Origin: Betaproteobacteria bacterium
GTDB taxonomy: Bacteria > Pseudomonadota > Gammaproteobacteria > Burkholderiales > SG8-39
Reading direction: 5' to 3'
Assembly (NCBI GenBank): GCA_947467435.1
Contig: CANIIA010000004.1
Coordinates: 1,384-65,383 of the forward strand
DNA length: 64,000 bases
Every line of letters begins with the position of its first letter. The first letter of the stretch is position 1. The position numbers and the translations under genes were made by a program. This document shows, piece after piece, positions 51,095 through 60,177 of the stretch. The notes beneath the pieces were generated by a model. That model was not told where the DNA came from. It searched no databases and saw only the letters and a program-made list of their open reading frames with translations.

Positions 51095-52551
51095 GCGATT
51101 GGGAAGTGGTGATTGGCTTAGAAACGCACGCACAACTGGCCACCCAAAGTAAAATTTTTTCTGGCGCATCGACCGCCTTTGGTGCCGCGCCCAACACCCA
51201 AGCGTCGGCCGTTGATATTGCCTTGCCTGGCGTGTTGCCGGTATTAAATGCGCAAGCCGTGGCGCTGGCCATTCGTTTTGGATTGGCGATTGGAGCGACG
51301 GTGGCGCCACGCTCGGTATTTGCGCGCAAAAATTATTTTTATCCTGATTTGCCTAAAGGCTATCAAATCAGTCAATACGAACTACCGGTGGTACAACACG
51401 GCACGCTCAAGATCGTTACCGATGCTGGCGAAAAAACCGTTCGAATCTTACGTGCGCACCTAGAAGAAGATGCAGGAAAATCGTTGCATGAAGGCTTACC
51501 CGAGGGCTTATCGCAGTCGGTGTCTGGCATCGATTTAAACCGCGCTGGCACACCCTTACTTGAAATTGTGACCGAACCAGACCTGCGCTCCAGCGCAGAA
51601 GCCGTGGCCTATGCAAGAGCATTGCATGGTTTGGTGCGCTGGATTGGTATTTGTGACGGCAACATGCAAGAAGGTTCATTCCGTTGTGATGCCAACGTAT
51701 CGGTGCGCAAATTTGGCGCGCCATTAGGTACGCGCTGCGAAATTAAAAATCTAAATTCGTTTCGTTTTATGGAGCGCGCCATCGAGTTTGAAGTGCGTCG
51801 TCAAATCGAATGCATTGAAGATGGCGGTACCGTTGTGCAAGAAACGCGCTTGTATGACCCTGACCGCGATGAAACACGCGCGATGCGTTCAAAAGAAGAC
51901 GCGCACGACTATCGTTATTTTCCTGATCCCGATTTATTGCCACTGGCGATTAGTGCTGAAGAAATTGAACAGGTGCGCCGCGCGATGCCTGAGTTGCCGC
52001 AAGCCAAGCGGACGCGGTTTGAAACGCAATACCAGCTCTCGAGTTACGACGCCAGCATGTTGACGAGCTCGTTAGAGCACGCCGAATATTTTGAAGCGTG
52101 TGTGCAAGCTGCCAAAGGTGAAGCCAAGCTGTGCGCAAATTGGCAAAACGGTGAATTGGCCGCAGCGCTCAATCGTGCCAACCTAGACATCGCGCAAAGC
52201 CCAGTGCCGGCCGCTGCGTTAGGTGGTTTAGTGTGTCGGTTGGTGGATGGCACGCTCAGCAGCAAATTAGCCAAAGAAGTGTTTGAAGCGATGTGGTTAG
52301 GCGAACACGGCGGCCTGGCTGATGCCATCATTGAAGCCAAGGGCTTACGCCAAATTTCTGATCAAGGCGCGATTGAAGCGATGGTCGATGAAGTGCTCGC
52401 GGCGAATGCAGACAATGTTGCGCAATTTCGAGCAGGAAAAGAAAAGGCGTTTAATGCCTTGGTCGGTCAAGTGATGAAGCGCACCAAAGGCAAGGCGAAT
52501 CCGGCGCAGGTGAACGATCTGCTGCGCCAAAAACTCAACGCATCGGCGTAA
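51091..52551 (+). CDS. gatB: Asp/Glu-tRNA(Asn/Gln) amidotransferase subunit B
   Basis: Start trimmed to GTG 51091 (GTGA overlap with the gatA stop). [13 protein letters not shown] and RCDANVSVR. Confidence 0.95.
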   Translation: MSDWEVVIGLETHAQLATQSKIFSGASTAFGAAPNTQASAVDIALPGVLPVLNAQAVALAIRFGLAIGATVAPRSVFARKNYFYPDLPKGYQISQYELPVVQHGTLKIVTDAGEKTVRILRAHLEEDAGKSLHEGLPEGLSQSVSGIDLNRAGTPLLEIVTEPDLRSSAEAVAYARALHGLVRWIGICDGNMQEGSFRCDANVSVRKFGAPLGTRCEIKNLNSFRFMERAIEFEVRRQIECIEDGGTVVQETRLYDPDRDETRAMRSKEDAHDYRYFPDPDLLPLAISAEEIEQVRRAMPELPQAKRTRFETQYQLSSYDASMLTSSLEHAEYFEACVQAAKGEAKLCANWQNGELAAALNRANLDIAQSPVPAAALGGLVCRLVDGTLSSKLAKEVFEAMWLGEHGGLADAIIEAKGLRQISDQGAIEAMVDEVLAANADNVAQFRAGKEKAFNALVGQVMKRTKGKANPAQVNDLLRQKLNASA

Positions 52552-52631
52552 ACGATCCTTCCTATCGCTCGTTAGCAGATGGCGAGTGATGCGCTAGAAT
52601 TTGCGCTCTATTCACGTACGGAACCTCCCCC

Positions 52632-53321
52632 ATGGTGCTCACAGATTCAGCCCTGATTGCGCAGATCACCGCGCGTATGCTGCTCGAAGTCAAGGCGGTG
52701 CTCTTTTCTGATGGTAAGCCGTTTATTTTTACCTCCGGTTGGGCTAGCCCGGTTTATATCGATGGCCGTAAATTAATTTCGTATCCGCGTATTCGTCATC
52801 AGCTCATGGAGTTTGCTGCGGCCACCATTGTTCGCGATGCGGGCTTTGAGTGCTTTGATACGGTGGCCGGTGGCGAAACCGCAGGCATTCCCTACGCCGC
52901 ATGGATGGCTGATCGTTTAGGCTTACCGATGCAATACGTACGCAAAAAACCCAAAGGGTTTGGCCGTAACGCACAGATCGAAGGTCATATTGATGTTGGT
53001 GCGCGCACCTTGTTGGTTGAAGACCTCACCACCGATGGCCGTTCGAAAGTGGTGTTTTGCAAAGCGTTGCGTGATGCCGGTGCGATTGTTGATCACGTCT
53101 ATGTGAATTTTTACTACAACATCTTTCCTGAGTCGAAGCAGATTCTGAGTGATCTTGGCGTACAACTGCATTACCTCGCCACATGGTGGGATGTGCTGGA
53201 TGTCGTCAAGCAAGGCAATTACTTGGCCACTGCGCAGATTGATGAAGTCGAAAAATTTCTGCATGCACCTGCAGCGTGGTCGGCGGCGCATGGTGGTGTC
53301 TCAAGTTTTCCTGCCAATTAA
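52632..53321 (+). CDS. pyrE: Orotate phosphoribosyltransferase
   Basis: 229 aa with [16 protein letters not shown] and PRPP loop [18 protein letters not shown] -10-like hexamer at 52595-52600. Confidence 0.9.
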   Translation: MVLTDSALIAQITARMLLEVKAVLFSDGKPFIFTSGWASPVYIDGRKLISYPRIRHQLMEFAAATIVRDAGFECFDTVAGGETAGIPYAAWMADRLGLPMQYVRKKPKGFGRNAQIEGHIDVGARTLLVEDLTTDGRSKVVFCKALRDAGAIVDHVYVNFYYNIFPESKQILSDLGVQLHYLATWWDVLDVVKQGNYLATAQIDEVEKFLHAPAAWSAAHGGVSSFPAN

Positions 53322-53347
53322 TCATTGTTGCGTTTCATGCCCCAGTC

Positions 53348-54121
53348 ATGCGCGTTGTCAGTATCAACTTAAACGGCATACGTTCGGCCGCCAATAAAGG
53401 GTTCTACGCTTGGCTTGAGCAACAAGCGGCCGATGTGGTGTGCATGCAAGAGGTCAAAGCGCAGGCCGCCGATCTCACTGCGGCAATGTCTGCGCCACCA
53501 GGTTGGCACGCCGGTTTTCATTTTGCCGAGAAAAAAGGCTATAGCGGTGTGGGTATCTATAGCCGCCGCGCACCCGATCGCATCCAAACAGGATTTGGTT
53601 CCCCCGAATTTGATGCAGAGGGTCGGTACGTTGAAATGCGCTTTGGCGCACTGTCAGTGGTCTCGGTGTATTTTCCTTCGGGTGCCAGTGCGCCAGAACG
53701 ACAGCAAGCCAAGTTTCGTTTTCTCGATCTTTTTTTTCCGCACCTAGAAACGCTCAAAGCCGATGGGCAAGAAGTGTTGCTCTGTGGAGACTGGAATATC
53801 GCGCATCAAAATATCGATCTCAAGAATTGGAAATCGAATCAAAAAAACTCTGGGTTTCTTCCGCAAGAGCGCGCGTGGTTAAGCCGCGTGTTTGACGAGC
53901 TGGGCTATGTGGATGTTTTTCGCACCATCAATGTCGAGCCTGAGCAATACACTTGGTGGTCAAACCGCGGACAAGCCTGGGCGAAGAACGTCGGATGGCG
54001 GATTGATTATCACGTTGCAACACCAGCACTGGCGGCACAAGCACAACGCCAAGAGATCTATAAAACCGAACGGTTTTCTGATCATGCGCCGCTGGTGATT
54101 GATTACGCGCGAGCGCTGTAG
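53348..54121 (+). CDS. xthA: Exodeoxyribonuclease III
   Basis: Start trimmed to ATG 53348 (MRVVSINLNGIRSA). MQEVK, GDWNIAH and SDHAPL motifs of the EEP nuclease family. Confidence 0.9.
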   Translation: MRVVSINLNGIRSAANKGFYAWLEQQAADVVCMQEVKAQAADLTAAMSAPPGWHAGFHFAEKKGYSGVGIYSRRAPDRIQTGFGSPEFDAEGRYVEMRFGALSVVSVYFPSGASAPERQQAKFRFLDLFFPHLETLKADGQEVLLCGDWNIAHQNIDLKNWKSNQKNSGFLPQERAWLSRVFDELGYVDVFRTINVEPEQYTWWSNRGQAWAKNVGWRIDYHVATPALAAQAQRQEIYKTERFSDHAPLVIDYARAL

Positions 54122-54128
54122 CCGACGA

Positions 54129-54446
54129 TTAGGTGCTGCTGGCCATGAACGCGCGCCAGCGCAAAATCAGTGGTTGAGCGCGACGCCACAGACGCCAAAG
54201 TGTGAATCCGCGCGTCATCCAAGAAAACGATCGACGTGGACGCATCGCAACGACGAGCGCTACTGCACCGAGCAACCACCAAGGCCGCGCTTTGACATAT
54301 CGCGCGCCTTTGTTGAGGTATGCGAGCCATGGGGCGAGACTATCGAGACGTGTTAATCCAGTATCCAGCGTTGCGCGTTGTTGGCTGGCATGTACGATCA
54401 GTGTGGCCCGTTGCTCGCGTAAGGCGATCAGTCGCTCGCCGATCAT
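54129..54446 (-). CDS. yqjK: YqjK-like small membrane-associated protein
   Basis: 105 aa, coiled-coil N-terminus followed by RPWWLLGAVALVVAMRP. Third gene of a yqjD-yqjE-yqjK-type string (4-nt overlap with the upstream gene). Confidence 0.55.
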   Translation of the reverse strand: MIGERLIALREQRATLIVHASQQRATLDTGLTRLDSLAPWLAYLNKGARYVKARPWWLLGAVALVVAMRPRRSFSWMTRGFTLWRLWRRAQPLILRWRAFMASST

Positions 54447-54835
54447 GTCCGACCTAAGTCTTTTTTATCTTTGGCTAATTCGCGCATGGTCGCCGCGAGA
54501 AAGCGCGGTCGCGCTGCAAGTCGGCTGCGTAACATCAGAACGCTCACACCCCCCGCACCGAGGTACAAGGTCGTGAGCAACCCTGCTGCGAGCAGTCGAT
54601 GCGTCTCCCAAAACGCAAACACAATGCATAACGAAGCAAACAGTACCGCCAAACAAAAAAACAACGCAGCCGCCACGCCCCACACGCAGATCTCGCTTAA
54701 GCGCAAGAGCTGCTCTTCAACCTCGTTGGCCGCAATGCGGGCGCGTGTTTCTGCAAAACCGAGCGCAGCGGCGAGAATGCCGCGCACACCAGCCGATGCA
54801 GGGCTGTGTGGTGCGCGGTGATCTTCTTGCATCAA
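54443..54835 (-). CDS. yqjE: YqjE / phage-holin-family (DUF1469) membrane protein
   Basis: 130 aa with two adjacent TM helices flanked by charged regions. Located between the yqjD-like and yqjK-like genes. Confidence 0.6.
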   Translation of the reverse strand: MMQEDHRAPHSPASAGVRGILAAALGFAETRARIAANEVEEQLLRLSEICVWGVAAALFFCLAVLFASLCIVFAFWETHRLLAAGLLTTLYLGAGGVSVLMLRSRLAARPRFLAATMRELAKDKKDLGRT

Positions 54836-54842
54836 TGTAGTC

Positions 54843-55154
54843 TTAGCGACGGCTAATCAGCATACCTAACAAAAATCCTACGCCTGCGGCGACACCAATT
54901 GCTTGCCAAGGATTTTCGTGCACGTATTCATCGGTGGCACGCGCTGCATGTTTGGTTTTTTCTAGTACGGTGTGCTCGATGTCAGCTAATTTAGCCTTAG
55001 CAGTCGCAAGCGAGGCGCCAATGCGTTCACGTGCAGAGCGCGCTTTTTCGCTGGCTTCACCGGCAGTTGCACGCAACAGCTCTTCGGTATCGGCGACCAG
55101 TAGCTTGAGGTCGGCAGCAATTTTTTCGGTGGAAACGTCCGTTTTGGTGTTCAT
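54843..55154 (-). CDS. yqjD: DUF883 (ElaB/YqjD/YgaM) C-tail-anchored, ribosome-associated stress protein
   Basis: Start trimmed to ATG 55154 (AGGAG RBS). The C-terminus DEYVHENPWQAIGVAAGVGFLLGMLISRR is the family hallmark. Confidence 0.75.
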   Translation of the reverse strand: MNTKTDVSTEKIAADLKLLVADTEELLRATAGEASEKARSARERIGASLATAKAKLADIEHTVLEKTKHAARATDEYVHENPWQAIGVAAGVGFLLGMLISRR

Positions 55155-55380
55155 GTGAGCTCCTGAGATGTTGCCAACAGAACCACTCTGTTGGCTGCGT
55201 TTGAGTGTGGCCTGCATTAGAGCCAGCTGGACTCAAATCGTTCAAAGCACAGTACCGAGTTTTTGCGTGCGCGGCAACCGCATTGATCAAATAACATTTA
55301 AATTGAATTGCGTTCAATCAAAAGTGGTGCCGATCAGCGCATGCGTCAAGTGGTCAACAGGCAGCTTACAATCCGGAGTT

Positions 55381-56691
55381 ATGTCCCGCCTATCTGCCCT
55401 GCTGGTGTTTCGTCAACGGACCATGGCCTTATTGCTGCTGCTGGGCTTTGCTTCAGGGCTGCCACTCGCATTAACCGCCGGAACCCTGCAAGCATGGTTG
55501 ACCGTCGAGGGGGTGGACTTGCGCACCATCGGTTGGTTTGCCTTGGTGGGGCAGCCTTATACCTATAAATTTTTATGGGCACCGTTACTTGATCGCTACG
55601 CTGCGCCTTTTTTCTTTGGGCGATTGGGGCGGCGACGCGGCTGGTTATTGTTGACGCAACTCACCTTGGCGGGAGGTATCGCCGCGATGGGTGCGTTAAC
55701 ACCCCGCGATGCGCCATGGTTACTGGCTGCGTTGGCTTTTTCGGTGGCGTTTTTATCTGCTTCGCAAGATGTAGTGTTTGATGCATTGCGTGCCGATATT
55801 CTGAGCGCAGAGAGTCGCGGTGCCGGGGCGGCGGTATCGGTCTTTGGTTATCGTGTGGGCATGTTGGTTTCTGGTGGGTTGGCGTTGGTACTGGCCGATA
55901 GTGTGTTGGGTTGGGGTGTTACGTATGCCTTGATGGGCGCATTGATGTTGGTAGGTATGCTCGCGGTGTGGCGTTTACCCGAGCCAGCAAGTGTGCCTGG
56001 CGTGCCGGTCACGCTACGGGCTGCGGTGATCGAACCGATGCGTGAGTTTTTTTCGCGACATGGTGCGCTGACTTTATTGCTGTTGGTGGTGCTGTATAAA
56101 TTAGGTGATGCATTTGCGGGCACTTTATCGACCGCATTTTTAATTCGTGGCGCGGGCTTCTCAGCCACCGATGTTGGTGCAATCAATAAAAGCTTGGGTC
56201 TGATCGCCACCATTCTTGGCGCGCTGCTAGGGGGTGCGTTGATGGCGCGGTTGCGTTTATGGGGCGCATTACTTCTGTTTGGCGTGTTGCAGGCGATCAC
56301 CAATCTTGGATTCATGGCCATTGCGTTGGTTGGAAAACACTACGCACTCATGGTGGTAGCGGTCTTTGCCGAAAATTTATGCGGTGGGATGGGTACGGCA
56401 GCGTTCGTCGCCTTGTTGATGTCGTTGTGCGATCGGCGGTTTTCGGCCACGCAATACGCATTGTTATCTGCGCTTGCAGCAGTCGGACGCGTGTATGTTG
56501 GCCCATTGGCAGGTTGGATGGCCGAGGCGATGGGATGGAGCTGGTTTTTCTTTGCCACGACCATCATTGGGCTACCAGGCATTGCGTTACTACTGTGGTT
56601 GCGTGCGCGGATCGAACAACTCGATGCGCTGTCTGCTCCGATGGGTGACGCAGAGAGCACCGTACCGCTTGCTCCAGCTAAAACCACTTAG
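55381..56691 (+). CDS. ampG: MFS muropeptide permease AmpG
   Basis: Start trimmed to ATG 55381 (GGAG RBS). LGFASGLPLALTAGTLQAWL, GRRRGWLL and about 14 TM helices. Confidence 0.85.
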   Translation: MSRLSALLVFRQRTMALLLLLGFASGLPLALTAGTLQAWLTVEGVDLRTIGWFALVGQPYTYKFLWAPLLDRYAAPFFFGRLGRRRGWLLLTQLTLAGGIAAMGALTPRDAPWLLAALAFSVAFLSASQDVVFDALRADILSAESRGAGAAVSVFGYRVGMLVSGGLALVLADSVLGWGVTYALMGALMLVGMLAVWRLPEPASVPGVPVTLRAAVIEPMREFFSRHGALTLLLLVVLYKLGDAFAGTLSTAFLIRGAGFSATDVGAINKSLGLIATILGALLGGALMARLRLWGALLLFGVLQAITNLGFMAIALVGKHYALMVVAVFAENLCGGMGTAAFVALLMSLCDRRFSATQYALLSALAAVGRVYVGPLAGWMAEAMGWSWFFFATTIIGLPGIALLLWLRARIEQLDALSAPMGDAESTVPLAPAKTT

Positions 56692-57296
56692 TGCGTCGAC
56701 ATCCGATACACCACTAAACTGCCGCGCAAGTTAGGTAGCATATGTACAGCTTTCCCATCGTGCAGCACCAGTCGTTCGCCAATACGCACGCCCAAGGTTT
56801 TTGCTAGCGACTCAAAATCATCGAGCGTACATAAATGAATGTTCGGGGTGTCATACCAAACGTAGGGCAGACTGGTCGAAACCGGCATACGACCGGCGAG
56901 CACCTGTAGGCGAGCGTTCCAATGACCAAAATTTGGAAACGAAACAATCACTTCGCGGCCAACGCGCAGCATTTCGCGCAAGATACTTTCGGTATGACGC
57001 ACCGCTTGCAGTGTTTGCGAAAGAATCACGTAATCAAACGAGGCATCTTTAAACGCTGACAAGCCGCTCTCGAGATTCATTTGTAACACGTTGACATCGT
57101 TTTGAACGCACGCCAGTACCTTGGCATCATCAATTTCGATGCCATAGCCATGTACCGCACGCGTTTCCCACAGATGACGTAACAAGGTGCCATCACCGCA
57201 ACCTAAATCTAATACGCGTGATTGTGGTTTCACCCATCGCGCAATCGCTTCTAGATCGGGACGACGTGCCGGAAGTAACGCGGGTGCGGAATTCAT
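56688..57296 (-). CDS. metW: Methionine biosynthesis protein MetW
   Basis: [16 protein letters not shown]-MTase-like motif and [11 protein letters not shown]. 4-nt overlap with the metX stop. Confidence 0.9.
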   Translation of the reverse strand: MNSAPALLPARRPDLEAIARWVKPQSRVLDLGCGDGTLLRHLWETRAVHGYGIEIDDAKVLACVQNDVNVLQMNLESGLSAFKDASFDYVILSQTLQAVRHTESILREMLRVGREVIVSFPNFGHWNARLQVLAGRMPVSTSLPYVWYDTPNIHLCTLDDFESLAKTLGVRIGERLVLHDGKAVHMLPNLRGSLVVYRMSTH

Positions 57297-58432
57297 AACG
57301 CAATATTCTCAAAGTAAGCGCGTACCGCACCCAAGTAACGTGGATCATCCATCAAAAATGCATCGTGACCGTGAGGGGCATCAATTTCTAAATAAGACAC
57401 CGCGCGCCGATTGTCGAGTAAAGCACGCACGATTTCACGTGAGCGACTTGGCGCAAAGCGCCAGTCCGAAGTAAACGAAGCCACAAAAAAATTCGCTCTC
57501 GAGGGGGCCAGCGCAGCGGTGAGGTCACCACCGTGCGCTGCCGCAGGATCAAAATAATCCAACGCTTTAGTAATACGAAGATAAGTATTGGCGTCAAACA
57601 CGCCAGCAAATTTGTCACCTTGATGACGTAAATAACTTTCCACTTCGAAGTCGATATCAAAGTCATAGCCTGGTGTGCCGCGCCGCAGGACACGACCAAA
57701 TTTTTCCATCATCGCGTCATCAGATAAATACGTGATGTGGCCAATCATGCGGGCCAAACGTAAGCCACGACGCGGCACCACGCCGTGCGCGTAGTAATGG
57801 CCACCATGAAAATCTGGGTCGGTCACGATGGCTTGTCGTGCGACTTCATTAAAGGCGATATTTTGCGCTGACAGTTGAGGCGTAGCGGCAATGACCAGTG
57901 CGTGTCGAACGCGTTGAGGAAAAGAGAGCGTCCATTGCAGCGCTTGCATCGCGCCAAGTGAGCCACCCATTACTGCAGCAAAGCAATCAATCCCAAGAAA
58001 ATCTGCCAAGCGTGCTTGCGCAGCCACCCAGTCTTCGACGGTCACCACAGGAAAATCGCCGCCCCATGGCTGACCGCTGCTGGGGTGCATGCTGATCGGG
58101 CCCGTGGAGCCATGACAGCCGCCAAGATTGTTGACGCCAATCACAAAAAATCGACGCGTATCGAGCGGCTTGCCCGGACCCACCATGTTGTCCCACCAAC
58201 CCACGTTCTGCGGTGTGTGAGCGTAAACACCCGCTACATGGTGTGAAGCATTCAGCGCGTGCGGCACCAACACGGCGTTTGAGCGCGCTGCGTTGAGCGT
58301 GCCGTAGGTTTCATAGGCCAATTCAAAGCGCGGTAATACACCACCGCTGCTCAGATGCAGCGGTACATCAAATTGTGCGCGTTGTTCGCTAACGACACCG
58401 ACAGAATCTTGCGGCAGTAACACGGTGTTCAC
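57293..58432 (-). CDS. metX: Homoserine O-acyltransferase MetX (acetyl/succinyl specificity not determinable by eye)
   Basis: GTG start preceded by GGAG. Alpha/beta hydrolase with nucleophile [12 protein letters not shown], then HGHDAFL. Confidence 0.95.
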   Translation of the reverse strand: MNTVLLPQDSVGVVSEQRAQFDVPLHLSSGGVLPRFELAYETYGTLNAARSNAVLVPHALNASHHVAGVYAHTPQNVGWWDNMVGPGKPLDTRRFFVIGVNNLGGCHGSTGPISMHPSSGQPWGGDFPVVTVEDWVAAQARLADFLGIDCFAAVMGGSLGAMQALQWTLSFPQRVRHALVIAATPQLSAQNIAFNEVARQAIVTDPDFHGGHYYAHGVVPRRGLRLARMIGHITYLSDDAMMEKFGRVLRRGTPGYDFDIDFEVESYLRHQGDKFAGVFDANTYLRITKALDYFDPAAAHGGDLTAALAPSRANFFVASFTSDWRFAPSRSREIVRALLDNRRAVSYLEIDAPHGHDAFLMDDPRYLGAVRAYFENIAL

Positions 58433-58440
58433 GTGGCTCC

Positions 58441-58478
58441 AAAAAACAAAAACCCGTTCAGCTTGCGCGAGAACGGGT
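58441..58478 (-). terminator. Intrinsic terminator inside the metX leader (attenuator)
   Basis: Minus strand reads ACCCGTTC-TCGCGCAAGCT-GAACGGGT followed by TTTTGTTTTTT. It ends 1 nt before the GGAG SD of metX. Confidence 0.8.
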
Positions 58479-58562
58479 GTCTGAGAGCCGTCTCTTTAGC
58501 GGTACTTGTTGCGCGCCCGCAAGCTGAACTTCAAATCGGCGCGGAGGACGAGGTCCTCGAAT
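58479..58562 (-). promoter_or_regulatory. Structured metX 5' leader: candidate SAM-responsive riboswitch aptamer (SAM-II-like pseudoknot) with antiterminator strand
   Basis: The leader contains no ATG. P1 helix CGCGCC/GGCGCG spans 58543-58538 / 58517-58512. The loop GAUUUGAAGUUCAGCUUGCG has a 3' part that pairs either with CGCUAAAG (58501-58494, pseudoknot) or, as the 12-mer GTTCAGCTTGCG (58529-58518), perfectly with CGCAAGCTGAAC (58467-58456) in the terminator. Confidence 0.5.
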
Positions 58563-58568
58563 GCTTGA

Positions 58569-58597
58569 ACCTTACGCGTGCGGCCTAGGCATGTCAA
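58569..58597 (-). promoter_or_regulatory. Sigma70-type promoter for metXW
   Basis: Minus strand reads TTGACA (58597-58592), a 17-nt spacer, then TAAGGT (58574-58569). It lies just downstream of the UxaA-family gene stop. Confidence 0.6.
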
Positions 58598-58610
58598 GAA
58601 TGGATCCACA

Positions 58611-60158
58611 TTAGCCAGTGATACCAATTTGCCATGGCACGAACTCATGATCACCCAAACCAAAGGCCTCACTCTTGGTGGCCTTACCCGAACACGTATC
58701 AAGAATCAGCTGAAAGATTTTCTCGCCCATTTGCTGCAAGCTTGCCGTGCCATCGAGAATTTCGCCGCAATTGATGTCCATGTCTTCGATCAACTTGTTG
58801 TACATCGGCGTGTTGGTCGCGAGCTTGATGGAGGGTGAGGGTTTACAACCAAAGGCTGAACCGCGACCGGTGGTAAAGCAAACGACATTCGCGCCACCAG
58901 CGATTTGTCCTGTGGCCGACACCGGATCAAAGCCCGGGGTATCCATAAACACAAAGCCTTTTTCTTTTACTAGCTCAGCGTATTGATAGACGGCCATCAA
59001 TCCACTACTGCCGCCTTTCATCGCAGAGCCTAAAGATTTTTCTAAGATGTTGGCTAATCCACCGGCTTGATTGCCAGGGCTGACAATGCCGTTGATTTGT
59101 ACATCGCGTCCGACCGCATACACATCTTTCCACCAACGAATACGGTCGATGAGTTTTTCGCCCACTTCACGTGATACCGCACGACGCGTCAGCGTGTGCT
59201 CGACGCCATAAATTTCTGGGGTTTCGGAAAGAATGGCTGTACCACCATGGCGCACCAAAATATCCATCGCTGCACCCAAGGCAGGGTTGGCAGTGATCGA
59301 TGAAAACGAATCCGATCCACCGCACTGTAAGCCCACGCTGATATGACTAGCGCTGACGGGTACGCGTTGCACTGCATTGGCTTGCGGTAACAGTTCTTGA
59401 ATCGCGGCAATCCCTGCTTCGATGGTTTGGCGCGTGCCGCCTGCGTCTTGCATGATGAACGGAATTAAGCGCGTGCCACTGGTGAGCGCTTCGGCTTGAA
59501 ACAGCGTATTGATTTGATTGCGCTCGCAACCTAAGCCAATCACCAGTACAGCAGCGAGATTGGCGTGTCGAATATAACCAGCCAGCGTGCGGCGTAATAA
59601 ATCCATCGGTTCGCCAGACAATTCCATGCCGCAACCGGTGGCATGCGTAAATGCAGCCACACCATCAATGTTTGGAAATGCAGCCAGACGTTCTGGCGTA
59701 AACCAATTGGCGATGCGATGCGATACCGTGGCCGAACAATTCACCGTCGACACAATCCCGATGTAATTGCGTGTGGCGACCCGGCCGTCACTACGCACAA
59801 TCCCCATAAATTGCGCACGTTCCGCTTCAGGAAGAAAAATGGTGGGTTGATATTCACGCGCATAGGCATAGTCACGATCAAACTCACGAAACTCCATGTT
59901 CAGACGATGTAATAACGTGCCTGGTGCAATATCGTTGGAAGCAAAGCCAATCACGGTGTTGTACTTCAAGATCGGGTCGCCCTTAGCAATCGCGCGTGCG
60001 GCCACTTTGTGACCAGCAGGAATACGATTGAGGCACGTTAGCTGTTCTTCTGATACCGGCGTACCTTGCGCGAGATCGATGCGTGCAATCACCACGTTAT
60101 CGTTGGCGTGTAATCGAATGGCTGGCGCAGACAAGTTGGGGGCGGTGACGGTATTCAT
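58611..60158 (-). CDS. UxaA family sugar-acid dehydratase (altronate/galactarate dehydratase-like)
   Basis: 515 aa with a GAGGAG RBS. N-terminal SAF domain (LHANDNVVIARIDLAQGT...IPAGHKVAARAI) and a C-terminal UxaA region (CSATVSH, GCERNQ, HGGTAILSETPEIYG). Confidence 0.85.
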   Translation of the reverse strand: MNTVTAPNLSAPAIRLHANDNVVIARIDLAQGTPVSEEQLTCLNRIPAGHKVAARAIAKGDPILKYNTVIGFASNDIAPGTLLHRLNMEFREFDRDYAYAREYQPTIFLPEAERAQFMGIVRSDGRVATRNYIGIVSTVNCSATVSHRIANWFTPERLAAFPNIDGVAAFTHATGCGMELSGEPMDLLRRTLAGYIRHANLAAVLVIGLGCERNQINTLFQAEALTSGTRLIPFIMQDAGGTRQTIEAGIAAIQELLPQANAVQRVPVSASHISVGLQCGGSDSFSSITANPALGAAMDILVRHGGTAILSETPEIYGVEHTLTRRAVSREVGEKLIDRIRWWKDVYAVGRDVQINGIVSPGNQAGGLANILEKSLGSAMKGGSSGLMAVYQYAELVKEKGFVFMDTPGFDPVSATGQIAGGANVVCFTTGRGSAFGCKPSPSIKLATNTPMYNKLIEDMDINCGEILDGTASLQQMGEKIFQLILDTCSGKATKSEAFGLGDHEFVPWQIGITG

Positions 60159-60177
60159 GCGGCAAGCTCCTCGTTAT

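Noticed and set aside
55168-55380. N-terminal extensions in the ORF track (for example ampG from 55168, nodI-like from 36730, lipA from 15781, ubiB from 33208, xthA from 53276, mreD from 47360, DUF971 from 30343)
   Set aside because: The extensions overlap upstream genes or intergenic promoters and lack homolog-like sequence. Internal ATG/GTG codons with stop-start overlap or an SD give canonical family N-termini, so the starts were trimmed rather than treated as novel N-terminal domains.
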